A DNA stretch of 64,000 nucleotides from Mycobacteriales bacterium (GCA_038207565.1 JBBQZQ010000009.1:13128-77127); one strand, 5' to 3'. Shown: positions 49,401 through 58,631, counted from the stretch's first letter. Translations and numbers: made by a program. The notes: generated by a model not told the origin, from the sequence alone.

Positions 49401-50759
49401 TTATCCGCCGATGCTGATGGGGTTGACGATGTCGGCGTAGAGGGTGAGCAAGGTGACCAGGATCAGCACGGATGCCACGCCGTACATGACGGGCAGCATC
49501 TGCGCGGTGTCCACGAAGATCTGTGGTCGGGTGCGGGGCAGGTCCGGATCGATGCGCCGGGCGCGCCGCTGGGCCAGCCGGGCCCGCCCGCGCTTGGCCG
49601 CCTCGACGATCGCCCCGGCAACGTGGCCGCCGTCCAGCGGCAGCAGCGGAAGCAGATTGAACAGGAACAGCAGCAGGTTCACGCTCGCGAGCAGCGAGAT
49701 CAGCGTGTAGGTCTTGTCCTTGAGGGAGGCCTGGTGGCTGTCGGCGATCTGCCCGCCGATCCGCCCGATCCCCACCACGCCGATGGCGCCCTGGGGGTCG
49801 CGCGTCTTGCCCTCGAAGACCGTCTGCCACAGGTTGTGCAGCTTCGCCGGGTAGCTGGCCAGGGCATGCACGCCCACGTTCAGCTGGCTGCCGATCTGGC
49901 CGGGCACGTCCAGGATCGATTTGGGCTGGTACACGACCTCGTTGGTCGGCGAGATGCCGAGGAACCCGGCTTCCTTGGTCCTGGTCGTGCTGTCGCCGAC
50001 GTACTTCAGGTTGCGTACCGGCGTGATCGACAGCGCCACCGCACGTCCGTCACGCAGTACGACGACGTCGAGCGTCTTGCCGGCCGAGGGTTCGACGAGC
50101 GAGACGAGCTGGTCCCAGGTAGTGATCTTGGCTCCGTCGACGGACTGAATCCGGTCGCCGGTCGCCAGGCCGGCGAGCGCTGCCGGCGAGTTGGCCTTGC
50201 TGCAGTCGCTCGCCCTGGCGGCGGGGGCCGTGGCGGGGACGACACACTTGGACACGACGGACACAGTGGTCGACGCCTGTCGTCCCGGCAGGCCCATGGA
50301 CAGCAGCAGGATCACGGTCAGGACCAGGTAGATGACCAGGTTCATGCTGGGTCCACCGAGCATGACGATCATCTTCTTGCCGGGCGTGAGCCGGTAGAAC
50401 TGGCGCGCCTCGTCGGCAGGGACGACCTCGGCGCGGCTGACCGAGCGGAACTCCTCGATCGCGGTGACCATCCGGCGCGGCCAGCGCGAGCTCTTGCCGT
50501 CGGCGCGCGGCGGAACCATGCCGATCATCCGGATATAACCGCCCAGCGGGACGCTCTTGATGCCGTATTCGGTGTCGCCGCGCTTGCGGGACCAGATCGT
50601 CGGACCGAAGCCCACCATGTACTGGGTGACCTTCACGCCGAAATTCTTGGCCGGCACCATGTGCCCGACCTCGTGGAGAGCGATCGACAGCAGCAGGCCG
50701 ACGGCGAAGATGATGACGCCCAACGCGTAGAGCATGTGCGGCGTGGTCCCTCCGGTCAC
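49401..50759 (-). CDS. rip1: M50-family site-2 (RIP) metalloprotease Rip1/RseP-like
   Basis: HEVGHM zinc motif in TM1, a central PDZ domain, and a C-terminal [12 protein letters not shown] motif. Confidence 0.9.
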   Translation of the reverse strand: MTGGTTPHMLYALGVIIFAVGLLLSIALHEVGHMVPAKNFGVKVTQYMVGFGPTIWSRKRGDTEYGIKSVPLGGYIRMIGMVPPRADGKSSRWPRRMVTAIEEFRSVSRAEVVPADEARQFYRLTPGKKMIVMLGGPSMNLVIYLVLTVILLLSMGLPGRQASTTVSVVSKCVVPATAPAARASDCSKANSPAALAGLATGDRIQSVDGAKITTWDQLVSLVEPSAGKTLDVVVLRDGRAVALSITPVRNLKYVGDSTTRTKEAGFLGISPTNEVVYQPKSILDVPGQIGSQLNVGVHALASYPAKLHNLWQTVFEGKTRDPQGAIGVVGIGRIGGQIADSHQASLKDKTYTLISLLASVNLLLFLFNLLPLLPLDGGHVAGAIVEAAKRGRARLAQRRARRIDPDLPRTRPQIFVDTAQMLPVMYGVASVLILVTLLTLYADIVNPISIGG

Positions 50760-50762
50760 CGG

Positions 50763-51953
50763 TCAGTTGCGAGCGAGCTCCCGCGCACGGGTGCGGGCCC
50801 AGCTGTCTGCATGTTCGACGTCCTCGACGGTACTGGGGTTCCCAAACTCGAGGTGCTGAGTTCTCAACCACTCATCGACCACATCGGCAACGGTGTCGAC
50901 GATCTGCAGGAAATCGACGGATCCGGAGTGGAAAGCCCCGACCAGCTCCTCGTTCGCCGCGTTGTACACAGCCGGCGCACACCCTCCGGCCTCACCCACC
51001 CGCCGGGCGAGAGCGACCGCCGGGAATGTGTCGTCGTCGAGCGGTTCGAAGTTCCACTGGTGCGCCGCCGTCCAGTCGACCGGCGCCGCAGCGTGAGGGA
51101 CGCGGTCGGGCCAGCCCATCGCCAGGGCGATCGTCAGGCGCATGTCCGGCGGGGAGAGCTGGGCGAGCGTCGATCCGTCGGTGAATTCCACCATTGAATG
51201 CACCACCGACTGAGGGTGTACGACGACCTCGATCCGTTCGTACGGGATGCCGAACAGCAGGTGCGCCTCGATGACCTCCAGACCCTTGTTGACCAGGGTC
51301 GCCGAGTTCGTCGTGATCAGCGTGCCCATGTCCCAGGTGGGGTGGGCGAGGGCCTGCGCGGGCGTGACGTGGGTCAGCTCGGCGCGGGTGCGGCCGCGGA
51401 AGGGGCCGCCGCTGGCGGTGACGACGAGCTTGCGCACCTCGTCCGCCCGTCCGCCGCGCAGGCACTGCGCAAGCGCGGAGTGCTCCGAGTCGACGGGGAC
51501 GAGCTGACCGGGCCGGGCTCGATCTGTGACGAGCGACCCGCCGGCGACGAGCGATTCCTTGTTGGCCAGCGCGACGGTGCGCCCGGCGTCGAGCGCGGCG
51601 AGCGTCGTGCGCAGACCCTGCGCGCCAGCGACCGCGTTGAGCACGACGTCACAGTCGAGGGCAGCGAGTTCCACGGTTGCCGCAGCGCCCGCGACGACGC
51701 GCGGACGGGCGAGGTCGGCGGGCCAGGTCTCGTCCAGGCCCAGGGCCAGCTCCTCGGCACAGTCAGTGCGGCCGATCCCGACCACCGAGACACCGAACTC
51801 GGCGGCCTGTACCGCCAGTTGCTTCGGATCCGAACCACCGGCGGCGAGCGCGACGACGGTGAACCGGTCCGGTGCGCCGCGCACCACCTCGAGCGCCTGG
51901 GTTCCGATCGAACCAGTGGAACCGAGCACGACCACACGTCGCTGTGCTGTCAC
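50763..51953 (-). CDS. dxr: 1-deoxy-D-xylulose 5-phosphate reductoisomerase
   Basis: Start GTG 51953 ([21 protein letters not shown]). LANKESLV and DSEHSA motifs. Confidence 0.93.
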   Translation of the reverse strand: MTAQRRVVVLGSTGSIGTQALEVVRGAPDRFTVVALAAGGSDPKQLAVQAAEFGVSVVGIGRTDCAEELALGLDETWPADLARPRVVAGAAATVELAALDCDVVLNAVAGAQGLRTTLAALDAGRTVALANKESLVAGGSLVTDRARPGQLVPVDSEHSALAQCLRGGRADEVRKLVVTASGGPFRGRTRAELTHVTPAQALAHPTWDMGTLITTNSATLVNKGLEVIEAHLLFGIPYERIEVVVHPQSVVHSMVEFTDGSTLAQLSPPDMRLTIALAMGWPDRVPHAAAPVDWTAAHQWNFEPLDDDTFPAVALARRVGEAGGCAPAVYNAANEELVGAFHSGSVDFLQIVDTVADVVDEWLRTQHLEFGNPSTVEDVEHADSWARTRARELARN

Positions 51954-51962
51954 CCGTCCAGT

Positions 51963-52021
51963 CTCCCCGATCGTGGTTCTTTCCCGGGCTGTGGGAGGGG
52001 AAAAGAACCACAATCGGGGAG
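51963..52021. repeat. Palindromic intergenic element, copy 2
   Basis: CTCCCCGATCGTGGTTCTTTCCC-(about 12 nt)-GGGGAAAAGAACCACAATCGGGGAG, with 1 mismatch and a 1-nt bulge between the arms. It lies in the 84-bp divergent region between the dxr and pxpA starts. Confidence 0.8.
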
Positions 52022-52037
52022 GGCTAGCGTCGCAGGC

Positions 52038-52796
52038 GTGCAGATCGACCTGAACGCCGATCTCGGCGAGGGTTACGGTGCCTGGACGCTGGGTGACGAC
52101 GAGGCGCTGCTGCAGGTCGTCACGAGTGCCAATGTGGCCTGCGGTTTCCATGCCGGCGATCCGCGCATCATGCAACGGGTGTGCGCGCTGGCGGCCTCGC
52201 GCGGCGTGGCGATCGGTGCGCAGGTCGGGTATCACGATCTGGCCGGCTTCGGTCGCCGGCGGATCGACATCGCCGAGGACGATCTGATCGCCGACGTGCT
52301 GTACCAGCTCGGTGCGCTCGACGCCTTCGCTCACGCTGCCGGCACGAGGGTGCGCTACCTCAAGCCGCACGGGGCGCTCTACAACACAGCGGCCGACGAC
52401 CCGGTCCAGGCACGGGCGGTCGTGGCCGCGGTGGCGTCCTACGACGCAGCATTGCCGGTGCTGGGGCTGCCCGGTTCCGCGGTCGAAGCGGCGTGCGCCA
52501 GCGCAGGCGTCCCGTTCGTGGCGGAGGCCTTCGCCGACCGCGCCTACACCGCCGAGGGTCGTCTGTCGCCGCGCGGCGAACCGGGTGCCGTGCTACACGA
52601 TCGGGATGCCGTCGTCGCGCAGGCGCTGCGCATCGTCGGGGAGGCAATGGTGGGGACGGTCGCCGGCGGGGCGGTCGAGGTCCGCGCGGCCTCGCTGTGC
52701 CTGCACGGCGACACGCCGGGCGCAGTCGATCTCGCCCGCGCCGTGCGTGCCGCGCTGACCGGCGCCGGGGCCACCCTGTCGCCCTTCGCCCCGTGA
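52038..52796 (+). CDS. pxpA: 5-oxoprolinase subunit A (LamB/YcsF family)
   Basis: GTG 52038. [12 protein letters not shown]...[12 protein letters not shown]...LKPHGALYN are canonical PxpA motifs. Confidence 0.88.
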   Translation: MQIDLNADLGEGYGAWTLGDDEALLQVVTSANVACGFHAGDPRIMQRVCALAASRGVAIGAQVGYHDLAGFGRRRIDIAEDDLIADVLYQLGALDAFAHAAGTRVRYLKPHGALYNTAADDPVQARAVVAAVASYDAALPVLGLPGSAVEAACASAGVPFVAEAFADRAYTAEGRLSPRGEPGAVLHDRDAVVAQALRIVGEAMVGTVAGGAVEVRAASLCLHGDTPGAVDLARAVRAALTGAGATLSPFAP

Positions 52797-53422
52797 CCAC
52801 CTCGCGCCGCGGCCGGGTCGTGACCGCCGTGCGTCCCTACGGCCAGGACGCCCTGCTGGCCGAGGTGGCCGACCCGCATCAGGTCTCGTCGCTGCTGGCG
52901 GCGGCAGCCGCGCTGGACGGCGCCGGAGAGGTCGTGCCCGGCGCGACGACACTGCTCGTCCGGTTGTCCGAGGGTGCCGACCGCGCCCGGATGATCTCCC
53001 AACTCAGCTTGCTCGAGCCGGCGACGCTCGAACCGGACCGCCGGCCGGCGATCGAGCTGGCGGTGGTCTACGACGGCGCGGACCTCGCCGAAGTCGCCGG
53101 GTTGACCGGTCTCGATCCCGACCGCGTCGTCGAGGTGCACCTCGCAGCCACGTACACAGTTCGCTTCTGCGGCTTCTCCCCCGGCTGGGGTTACCTGGAC
53201 GGGCTGGACGAGCGGCTTCAGGTTCCGCGACGGGACGAGCCGCGTACCGCTGTGCCCGCAGGGTCGGTGGGGATCGGCGGCGAGTTCACCGGTGTCTATC
53301 CTCGGGTCTCCCCCGGCGGGTGGCGGCTGCTGGGGCATAGCGACGCGCCCCTCTGGGATGCGAACCGCGATCCTCCGGCGCTGCTCACGCCCGGTGCCAC
53401 GGTGCGCTTCGTGCGCGCATGA
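52793..53422 (+). CDS. pxpB: 5-oxoprolinase subunit B (KipI / allophanate hydrolase subunit 1 family)
   Basis: GTGA overlap with pxpA. FCGFSPGWGYLDGLDERLQVPRRDEPRTAVPAGSVGIGGEFTGVYP. Confidence 0.85.
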   Translation: MTTSRRGRVVTAVRPYGQDALLAEVADPHQVSSLLAAAAALDGAGEVVPGATTLLVRLSEGADRARMISQLSLLEPATLEPDRRPAIELAVVYDGADLAEVAGLTGLDPDRVVEVHLAATYTVRFCGFSPGWGYLDGLDERLQVPRRDEPRTAVPAGSVGIGGEFTGVYPRVSPGGWRLLGHSDAPLWDANRDPPALLTPGATVRFVRA

Positions 53423-53438
53423 CCACCGACACACGCAC

Positions 53439-54269
53439 GTGATCGAGATCGTCGAGCCCGGACCGTTGGCGACGGTGCAGGATCTCGGCCGGGCCGGCTA
53501 CGCCGCCCTCGGCGTCCCCGAATCGGGCGCGTTCGACCGCGCGGCCGCCGCGCTCGCGAACCGCCTCGTCGGCAATCAGCGAGACGCAGCCGTCCTCGAG
53601 GTGACCCTCGGGGGGCTGAGTATCGTGCTGCACCGGGCGGCGACGCTCGCGCTGACCGGTGCTCGGTGCGGTGGCGACCTCGACTGGGGCACCGCGGTGA
53701 CGGTGCAACCCGGGGCGCGGCTCCGGCTCACAGCGCCCACGACGGGCCTGCGCAGCTATCTCGCGGTACGCGGTGGCGTCGCGGTCGAACCGGTCCTCGG
53801 CTCGCGTAGCACCGACGTGCTCAGCGGTCTCGGGCCAGCGCCGCTGCGCGCCGGCGACGTGCTCCAGATCGGCAGCGAGGTCGCCACCGAACCGTCCGGA
53901 GCGACGGCCCCCGGACGGCGAGCGCGTGACGTCCTGCGGATCGACACCGGCCCCCGCGACGACTGGTTCACCGAGGACGCGCTCGGGCGGCTCACCGACA
54001 CTCGCTGGACGGTGCGGGGCGAGGCCGACCGCGTCGGTATCCGGCTCAACGGTCCCCGGCTGGAGCGGGCACGGGCCGGCGAACTGCCGAGCGAAGCGAT
54101 GCTGCCAGGCGCCCTGCAGGTGCCACCGGACGGGCGGCCGATCCTGTTCGGGCCGGACTGTCCGGTCACCGGCGGGTACCCCGTGATCGCCGTGGTGCGG
54201 CGCGGGGAACTCGACGATGCGGCTCAGCTGCGTCCTGGCGACACGGTGCGGTTCGCGATCGGACGGTAA
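53439..54269 (+). CDS. pxpC: 5-oxoprolinase subunit C (KipA / allophanate hydrolase subunit 2 family)
   Basis: GTG 53439. EPGPLATVQDLGRAGYAALGVPESGAFD...GALQVPPDGRPILFGPDCPVTGGYP. Confidence 0.85.
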   Translation: MIEIVEPGPLATVQDLGRAGYAALGVPESGAFDRAAAALANRLVGNQRDAAVLEVTLGGLSIVLHRAATLALTGARCGGDLDWGTAVTVQPGARLRLTAPTTGLRSYLAVRGGVAVEPVLGSRSTDVLSGLGPAPLRAGDVLQIGSEVATEPSGATAPGRRARDVLRIDTGPRDDWFTEDALGRLTDTRWTVRGEADRVGIRLNGPRLERARAGELPSEAMLPGALQVPPDGRPILFGPDCPVTGGYPVIAVVRRGELDDAAQLRPGDTVRFAIGR

Positions 54270-54286
54270 CCCTGCGCTGGTGCAGG

Positions 54287-55285
54287 TCAGCCGATCGTGA
54301 CGTGAAGCAGGGCCCACATGATCGCGGCCACGACCCCGGCGGCCGGAATGGTCAGGATCCACGCGAAGACGATGTTGCCGGCCACACCCCAGCGCACCGC
54401 CGAGAGCCGCCGGGTCGCACCCACCCCCATCACCGAGGTCGAGATGACGTGGGTGGTCGAGACCGGTAGGCCGTACTGCGACGTGGCCAGCATGACCGAG
54501 CTGGCGACGGCCTGCGCCGCGAAGCCGCTGGCCGGGGTGAGGGAGAAGATGCGGCGTCCGAGGGTGCGCATGATCCGCCAGCCGCCGGAGTACGTCCCTG
54601 CTGCGATCGCCGCCGCCGAGGACAGAATCACCCAGAACGGGATCCCCTCGCTCTTGTCGAGGTGACCGGACACCAGGAGCGTCAGCGCGATCACGCCCAT
54701 TGTCTTCTGCGCATCCTGCGTTCCGTGGCCGAAGGCCATCGTCGCGGCGGTGACGATCTGCGCCCAGCGGAAGCCGCGGTTTGCACGTACCGCGTTGACC
54801 TTCCGGAAGATCCAGAGCAGCGCGAGCATGAACAGGTAGGCCAGGGCGAAACCGATGAGCGGCGAGGCGATCATCGGGATGATCACTTTGTCCAGGACGC
54901 CGGACCACTTCACCCCCTCGGAGCCGGCGATCGCGGCGCCCACCAGGCCACCGATGAGCGCGTGCGACGACGACGAGGGCAGCCCGAGGTACCAGGTCCC
55001 GAGATTCCACAAGATGGCGCCCAGCAGCGCCGCCAACACGATCACCAGACCGCTGCGGCCGACGGGCGGATCGATGATGCCGCCGCCCACCGTGGCCGCG
55101 ACCTCGGTGGAGATGAGCGCGCCGAGCACATTCATCACCGCGGCGAGGGCGAGCGCGACACGCGGCGTGAGGGCCTTCGTCGACACCGTCGTGGCGATGG
55201 CGTTGGCCGAGTCGTGGAAGCCATTGGTGTAGTCGAAGCCGAGCGCGACGGCGACGATGATGACGACCAGGGTGATCGAGTCCAC
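54287..55285 (-). CDS. pit: PiT-family inorganic phosphate transporter
   Basis: GFDYTNGFHDSANAIAT at the N-terminus and a repeated motif near the C-terminus (VSTTHVISTSVMGVG). Confidence 0.9.
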   Translation of the reverse strand: MDSITLVVIIVAVALGFDYTNGFHDSANAIATTVSTKALTPRVALALAAVMNVLGALISTEVAATVGGGIIDPPVGRSGLVIVLAALLGAILWNLGTWYLGLPSSSSHALIGGLVGAAIAGSEGVKWSGVLDKVIIPMIASPLIGFALAYLFMLALLWIFRKVNAVRANRGFRWAQIVTAATMAFGHGTQDAQKTMGVIALTLLVSGHLDKSEGIPFWVILSSAAAIAAGTYSGGWRIMRTLGRRIFSLTPASGFAAQAVASSVMLATSQYGLPVSTTHVISTSVMGVGATRRLSAVRWGVAGNIVFAWILTIPAAGVVAAIMWALLHVTIG

Positions 55286-55289
55286 CTGG

Positions 55290-55907
55290 TCAGGACTCCT
55301 TGACCGCGATCGTCTCTACCGCGTGCGCGACCTTCTCCAGTGCGTCCGAGGCTTCCTCCAGACCGTCGGCGACCTCGCGCAGCTTGACCATCGTCAGGGC
55401 GTCGTAGTCCCCGCTGAACAGGCGCGAGAGCAGCTTGCGATAGACCCGGTCCGCCTCGTTCTCCAGGCGGTTGACCTCGATCCAGTACGGCTCCAGGTCC
55501 CGCAGCGTGCGCAGCCGGCCCATCGCGTCCGCCGTCTCGTGCGAGGAGGTGGCGACGAGCGTGATCTGCTCGCCCATCAGCGCGGGCAGCTTGCCGACGT
55601 CGGCCAGGACGATGAAGTCGGCAGCGGCCTCCATCGCGTCCACGACATCGTCCAGCGCCGAGGCGAGGCGGTAGATGTCCTCGCGGTCGAACGGCGTGAC
55701 GAAGCTGGTGTTGAGCTGGCGCATGATCCGGTGGGTTACGGAGTCGCCGGCGTGCTCACGCTCGCGCAGCTGTTTCGCGATCGCCTTGCGGTTGGCATTG
55801 GGGTCGAGCAGCCCCGCCAGGGTGTCGGCGGAATCTGCGACATTTTGCCCCGCCTCGGTGAACATGTCGTAGAACGCGCTGTCGCGGGGAGTCAGACGAA
55901 AGGCCAC
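55290..55907 (-). CDS. DUF47-family (PhoU-like) Pit accessory protein
   Basis: GTG 55907. FYDMFTEAGQNV...TPFDREDIYRLASALDDVVD...VNRLENEADRVYR matches DUF47. Confidence 0.85.
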   Translation of the reverse strand: MAFRLTPRDSAFYDMFTEAGQNVADSADTLAGLLDPNANRKAIAKQLREREHAGDSVTHRIMRQLNTSFVTPFDREDIYRLASALDDVVDAMEAAADFIVLADVGKLPALMGEQITLVATSSHETADAMGRLRTLRDLEPYWIEVNRLENEADRVYRKLLSRLFSGDYDALTMVKLREVADGLEEASDALEKVAHAVETIAVKES

Positions 55908-55962
55908 GGAGCACGAGGGTAGGGCACCGCTCGGCAGATGGGGTGACCGGCGCGCTGCGGTC

Positions 55963-56814
55963 TCAGCCGAATACGACCGTCTTGTTACCGAACACGAGAG
56001 TGCGGTGCTCGACGTGGGCGCGCACGGCGCGGGCCAGCACCACCGTCTCCAGATCGCGTCCCTTGCGCACCAGGTCCTCGACCGAGTCGCGATGACTGAC
56101 GGCCGCGACGTCCTGCGCGATGATCGGGCCCTCGTCCAGATCGCGGGTCGCGTAGTGCGCGGTGGCCCCGATGAGCTTGACGCCACGGGTCTGTGCCTGG
56201 TGGTACGGGCGGGCGCCCACGAACGCCGGCAGGAACGAGTGATGGATGTTCACGATGCGCGCCGGGTAGGCGGACAGGATTCTGTCGCCCAGCACCTGCA
56301 TGTAGCGCGCGAGAACCACGAGGTCGGTGCGGTACCCGTCCAACACCCCGAGGATCTCGGCCTCCTGCATAACCCTGGTCTCTTGGGTGACCGGGAGATG
56401 GTGGAAGGGCACCTGGCTGAACTCGGCGAGGGCGGCGTGGTCGACATGGTTGCTGATGACCGCCACGATCTCGGCCGGCAACTCCCCCGCCCGCCACCGT
56501 CCGAGCAGGTCGGCCAGGCAGTGCGGTTGCCTGGAGGCCAGGACGGCGACCCGGGGCCGGTCACCCGACAGGCGCACCCGCACGTCCATGCCGAATCGCT
56601 CGGCCACCGGCGCGAAGGCTCGGCTGAGATCGGATCGGTCCAGCGGAGCCGGGGCGCGGTCGAACTCGACCCGCTGGAAGAAGACGCCGGCCTCGCGATC
56701 GACGTGCTGCTCGGCATGCAGGATGTTGCCGCCGTAGTCAAGGACAAACTGCGCGACGGCGTGGACGAGGCCGGGCTGGTCCCGGCAGGAGATGAGCAGT
56801 ACCGCGCTGGTCAG
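55963..56814 (-). CDS. purU: Formyltetrahydrofolate deformylase (ACT plus formyltransferase domains), probable CTG start
   Basis: Catalytic part PRVAVLASRQPHCLADLL...NHVD...IVNIHHSFLPAF...IGATAHYATRDLDEGPII. The in-frame upstream ACT domain (TSAVLLISCRDQPGLVHAVAQFVLDYGGNILHAEQHVD) has no ATG/GTG/TTG between it and the upstream in-frame TGA. CTG at 56814 overlaps the DUF3618 stop (CTGA). Confidence 0.8.
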   Translation of the reverse strand: MTSAVLLISCRDQPGLVHAVAQFVLDYGGNILHAEQHVDREAGVFFQRVEFDRAPAPLDRSDLSRAFAPVAERFGMDVRVRLSGDRPRVAVLASRQPHCLADLLGRWRAGELPAEIVAVISNHVDHAALAEFSQVPFHHLPVTQETRVMQEAEILGVLDGYRTDLVVLARYMQVLGDRILSAYPARIVNIHHSFLPAFVGARPYHQAQTRGVKLIGATAHYATRDLDEGPIIAQDVAAVSHRDSVEDLVRKGRDLETVVLARAVRAHVEHRTLVFGNKTVVFG

Positions 56815-57041
56815 CGGTTTCTCACTCGGCGGATCACGAGCAGCAGGATGACCGCACCGACACCGCCGACGACCGCCCGGCCCTGCGGGGTCTGCGCCTT
56901 CGCCTTCAGGGTCGCGACCACGTTGTCGCGGACACGCTTCGGATTGGTGCGATAGGCGATCTGGTCGACGGCGCTCGCCAACGACTCCCGCGCCTGCTCG
57001 ATGTCGCGCTGGATCTTCTCAGCCTCGCGGTCGGCGGCCAC
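56811..57041 (-). CDS. DUF3618 domain protein
   Basis: 76 aa. EAEKIQRDIEQARESLASAVDQIAYRTNPKRV plus a C-terminal TM helix. GTG start with AGGAG upstream. Confidence 0.7.
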   Translation of the reverse strand: MAADREAEKIQRDIEQARESLASAVDQIAYRTNPKRVRDNVVATLKAKAQTPQGRAVVGGVGAVILLLVIRRVRNR

Positions 57042-57042
57042 G

Positions 57043-57408
57043 TCACAGCTCCTCTCGCCCGGCCCGTCCGAGCCGATCAGCAGAGCCTAGGGCACGGGCT
57101 TGCGGACTCAGGTGCACCTGCCCCGACGGTGCCGATGCGCGCAACACGTGCACGAGCGCCAACAAGAGCAACGCTGCACTCAACCGAGCATGAGCGGCGT
57201 CGCCAGGCGCCAGGCGGCGGGCGGCGGGCGAGGACCATCCACCCCGGATCGCCCACGCGGTGCTGACGCACGCGACTATCCCGGCGGCAGCGAGGAAGCC
57301 GACGATGTCGATCTGGCTGCAGCTGGTCTGCAACCGTTGTGCGACGAACTGGAGTAGATCGACAAGCGGATCACGAACTCCGCGATCCCCATGCCGCGGT
57401 CGATCCAC
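57043..57408 (-). CDS. Hypothetical membrane protein (possibly an actinobacterial holin-X-like partner of DUF3618)
   Basis: 121-aa ORF ending 1 nt before the DUF3618 start, with two hydrophobic segments (IVGFLAAAGIVACVSTAWAI, LSAALLLLALVHVL). The family assignment rests on gene context only. Confidence 0.35.
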   Translation of the reverse strand: MDRPRHGDRGVRDPLVDLLQFVAQRLQTSCSQIDIVGFLAAAGIVACVSTAWAIRGGWSSPAARRLAPGDAAHARLSAALLLLALVHVLRASAPSGQVHLSPQARALGSADRLGRAGREEL

Positions 57409-57490
57409 ATCGCGCGTGGACGTCGCTCGGTCTGAGGCCGACCGCCGCGGGGAGGGCGTCCCACGATGCCCGGCTGGCTACGGTGATGGC

Positions 57491-57955
57491 ATGACGCGTC
57501 TCGAGGTGGGCGACCCCGCTCCCGACTTCACCCTCGACGATGCCGAGGGCAACCCGGTGTCGCTGCACGACTTCCGCGGCCGCAAGGTGGTCGTGTACTT
57601 CTACCCGGCTGCGATGACGCCGGGGTGCACCACGCAGGCGTGCGATTTCCGCGACAGCCTCGACTCCCTCGCCGCCGCCGGTATCACCGTGCTGGGCGTC
57701 TCGCCGGACAGGCCGGACAAGCTCGCGGAGTTCCGCGACCGCGACGCGCTGACCTACCCGCTGCTCTCGGACCCCGACCGCACCGCGCTCGAGGCGTACG
57801 GCGCGTACGGCGAGAAGACGATGTACGGCAGGAAGGTCATGGGCGTGATCCGCTCGACCTTTGTCGTGGACGAGAGCGGCAACCTCGAGCTGGCCCAGTA
57901 CAACGTCAAGGCCACCGGGCACGTCGCCAAGTTGCGCCGCGACCTGGGCCTCTGA
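57491..57955 (+). CDS. bcp: Thioredoxin-dependent peroxiredoxin Bcp
   Basis: ATG 57491. GDPAPDFTL...VVVYFYPAAMTPGCTTQACDFRD is the canonical Bcp/PrxQ active site. Confidence 0.92.
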   Translation: MTRLEVGDPAPDFTLDDAEGNPVSLHDFRGRKVVVYFYPAAMTPGCTTQACDFRDSLDSLAAAGITVLGVSPDRPDKLAEFRDRDALTYPLLSDPDRTALEAYGAYGEKTMYGRKVMGVIRSTFVVDESGNLELAQYNVKATGHVAKLRRDLGL

Positions 57956-57976
57956 GACTCGCTACGGCTGCGCAGT

Positions 57977-58060
57977 TTTCCCCGCTGGTGGCCGGGCGGC
58001 TGCCTGATTTCCCCGCTGGTGCTCGCTCGGGGGCGCCCCAACCGAGCACCAGCGGGGAAA
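57977..58060. repeat. Three copies of the 14-mer TTTCCCCGCTGGTG (two direct, one inverted, forming an 18-bp perfect hairpin)
   Basis: Direct copies lie at 57977-57990 and 58008-58021, with the inverted copy at 58047-58060. Stem TTTCCCCGCTGGTGCTCG / CGAGCACCAGCGGGGAAA, with a 17-nt loop containing GGGGCGCCCC. It lies downstream of bcp and upstream of the DksA/TraR-like gene. Confidence 0.8.
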
Positions 58061-58090
58061 ACAAGGGCGGACGTACGGCAGGCTGACTGG

Positions 58091-58438
58091 ATGGATGGCA
58101 TGCTGGCGCGGCTGGAGCGGCTGCGCTCCGAGGCAGTGCTGCGCATCGTCTCGCTACGCGGCGAGGTCGACGACGTTATCGCGTCGGCATCGTCCACGAC
58201 GGGCGACGACGAACACGATCCCGAGGGGGCGACGATCGGCTTCGAGCGTGCCCAGGCGCTCGCGCTGGTCGAGCGGGCCCGGATCCGCCTGGCCGAGATC
58301 GACGCCGCACTCGCGCGGGTGGCCGGAGGGAGCTACGGCAGCTGCGTCTCGTGCAGGCAGGCGATCGGTGCGGAGCGTCTGGATGCCCGTCCCGCTGCAG
58401 CGCAGTGCCTGTCCTGCGCGTCGCAGCTGCGGTCCTGA
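58091..58438 (+). CDS. TraR/DksA-family C4-type zinc-finger protein
   Basis: C-terminal CVSCRQAIGAERLDARPAAAQCLSC (CxxC-N17-CxxC) preceded by a coiled-coil region. Start placed at ATG 58091. Confidence 0.75.
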   Translation: MDGMLARLERLRSEAVLRIVSLRGEVDDVIASASSTTGDDEHDPEGATIGFERAQALALVERARIRLAEIDAALARVAGGSYGSCVSCRQAIGAERLDARPAAAQCLSCASQLRS

Positions 58439-58558
58439 CCTGCCCGTTGACCACGTGCACGCGGGGTGAGCCGGTCGCGCCGTACCCCACCGGGCGCCGT
58501 AGGCGAAACGTGATCCGTTGTCGGCCCGTCCCCCCGGGTCGTCGTAGGCTCGCAGGAC

Positions 58559-58631
58559 GGGGCCGTAGCCCAATGGCAGAGGCAGCGGCTTTAGGTGCCG
58601 CCCAGTGCGGGTTCGAATCCCGCCGGCCCTA
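58559..58631 (+). tRNA. tRNA, anticodon UAG (Leu by anticodon), but with a 5-nt variable loop (atypical)
   Basis: Hand-folded cloverleaf: GGGGCCG-UA-GCC-CAAUGGCAGA-GGC-A-GCGGC-UUUAGGU-GCCGC-CCAGU-GCGGG-UUCGAAU-CCCGC-CGGCCCU-A. G1-U72 wobble, discriminator A73, CCA not encoded. Confidence 0.75.
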
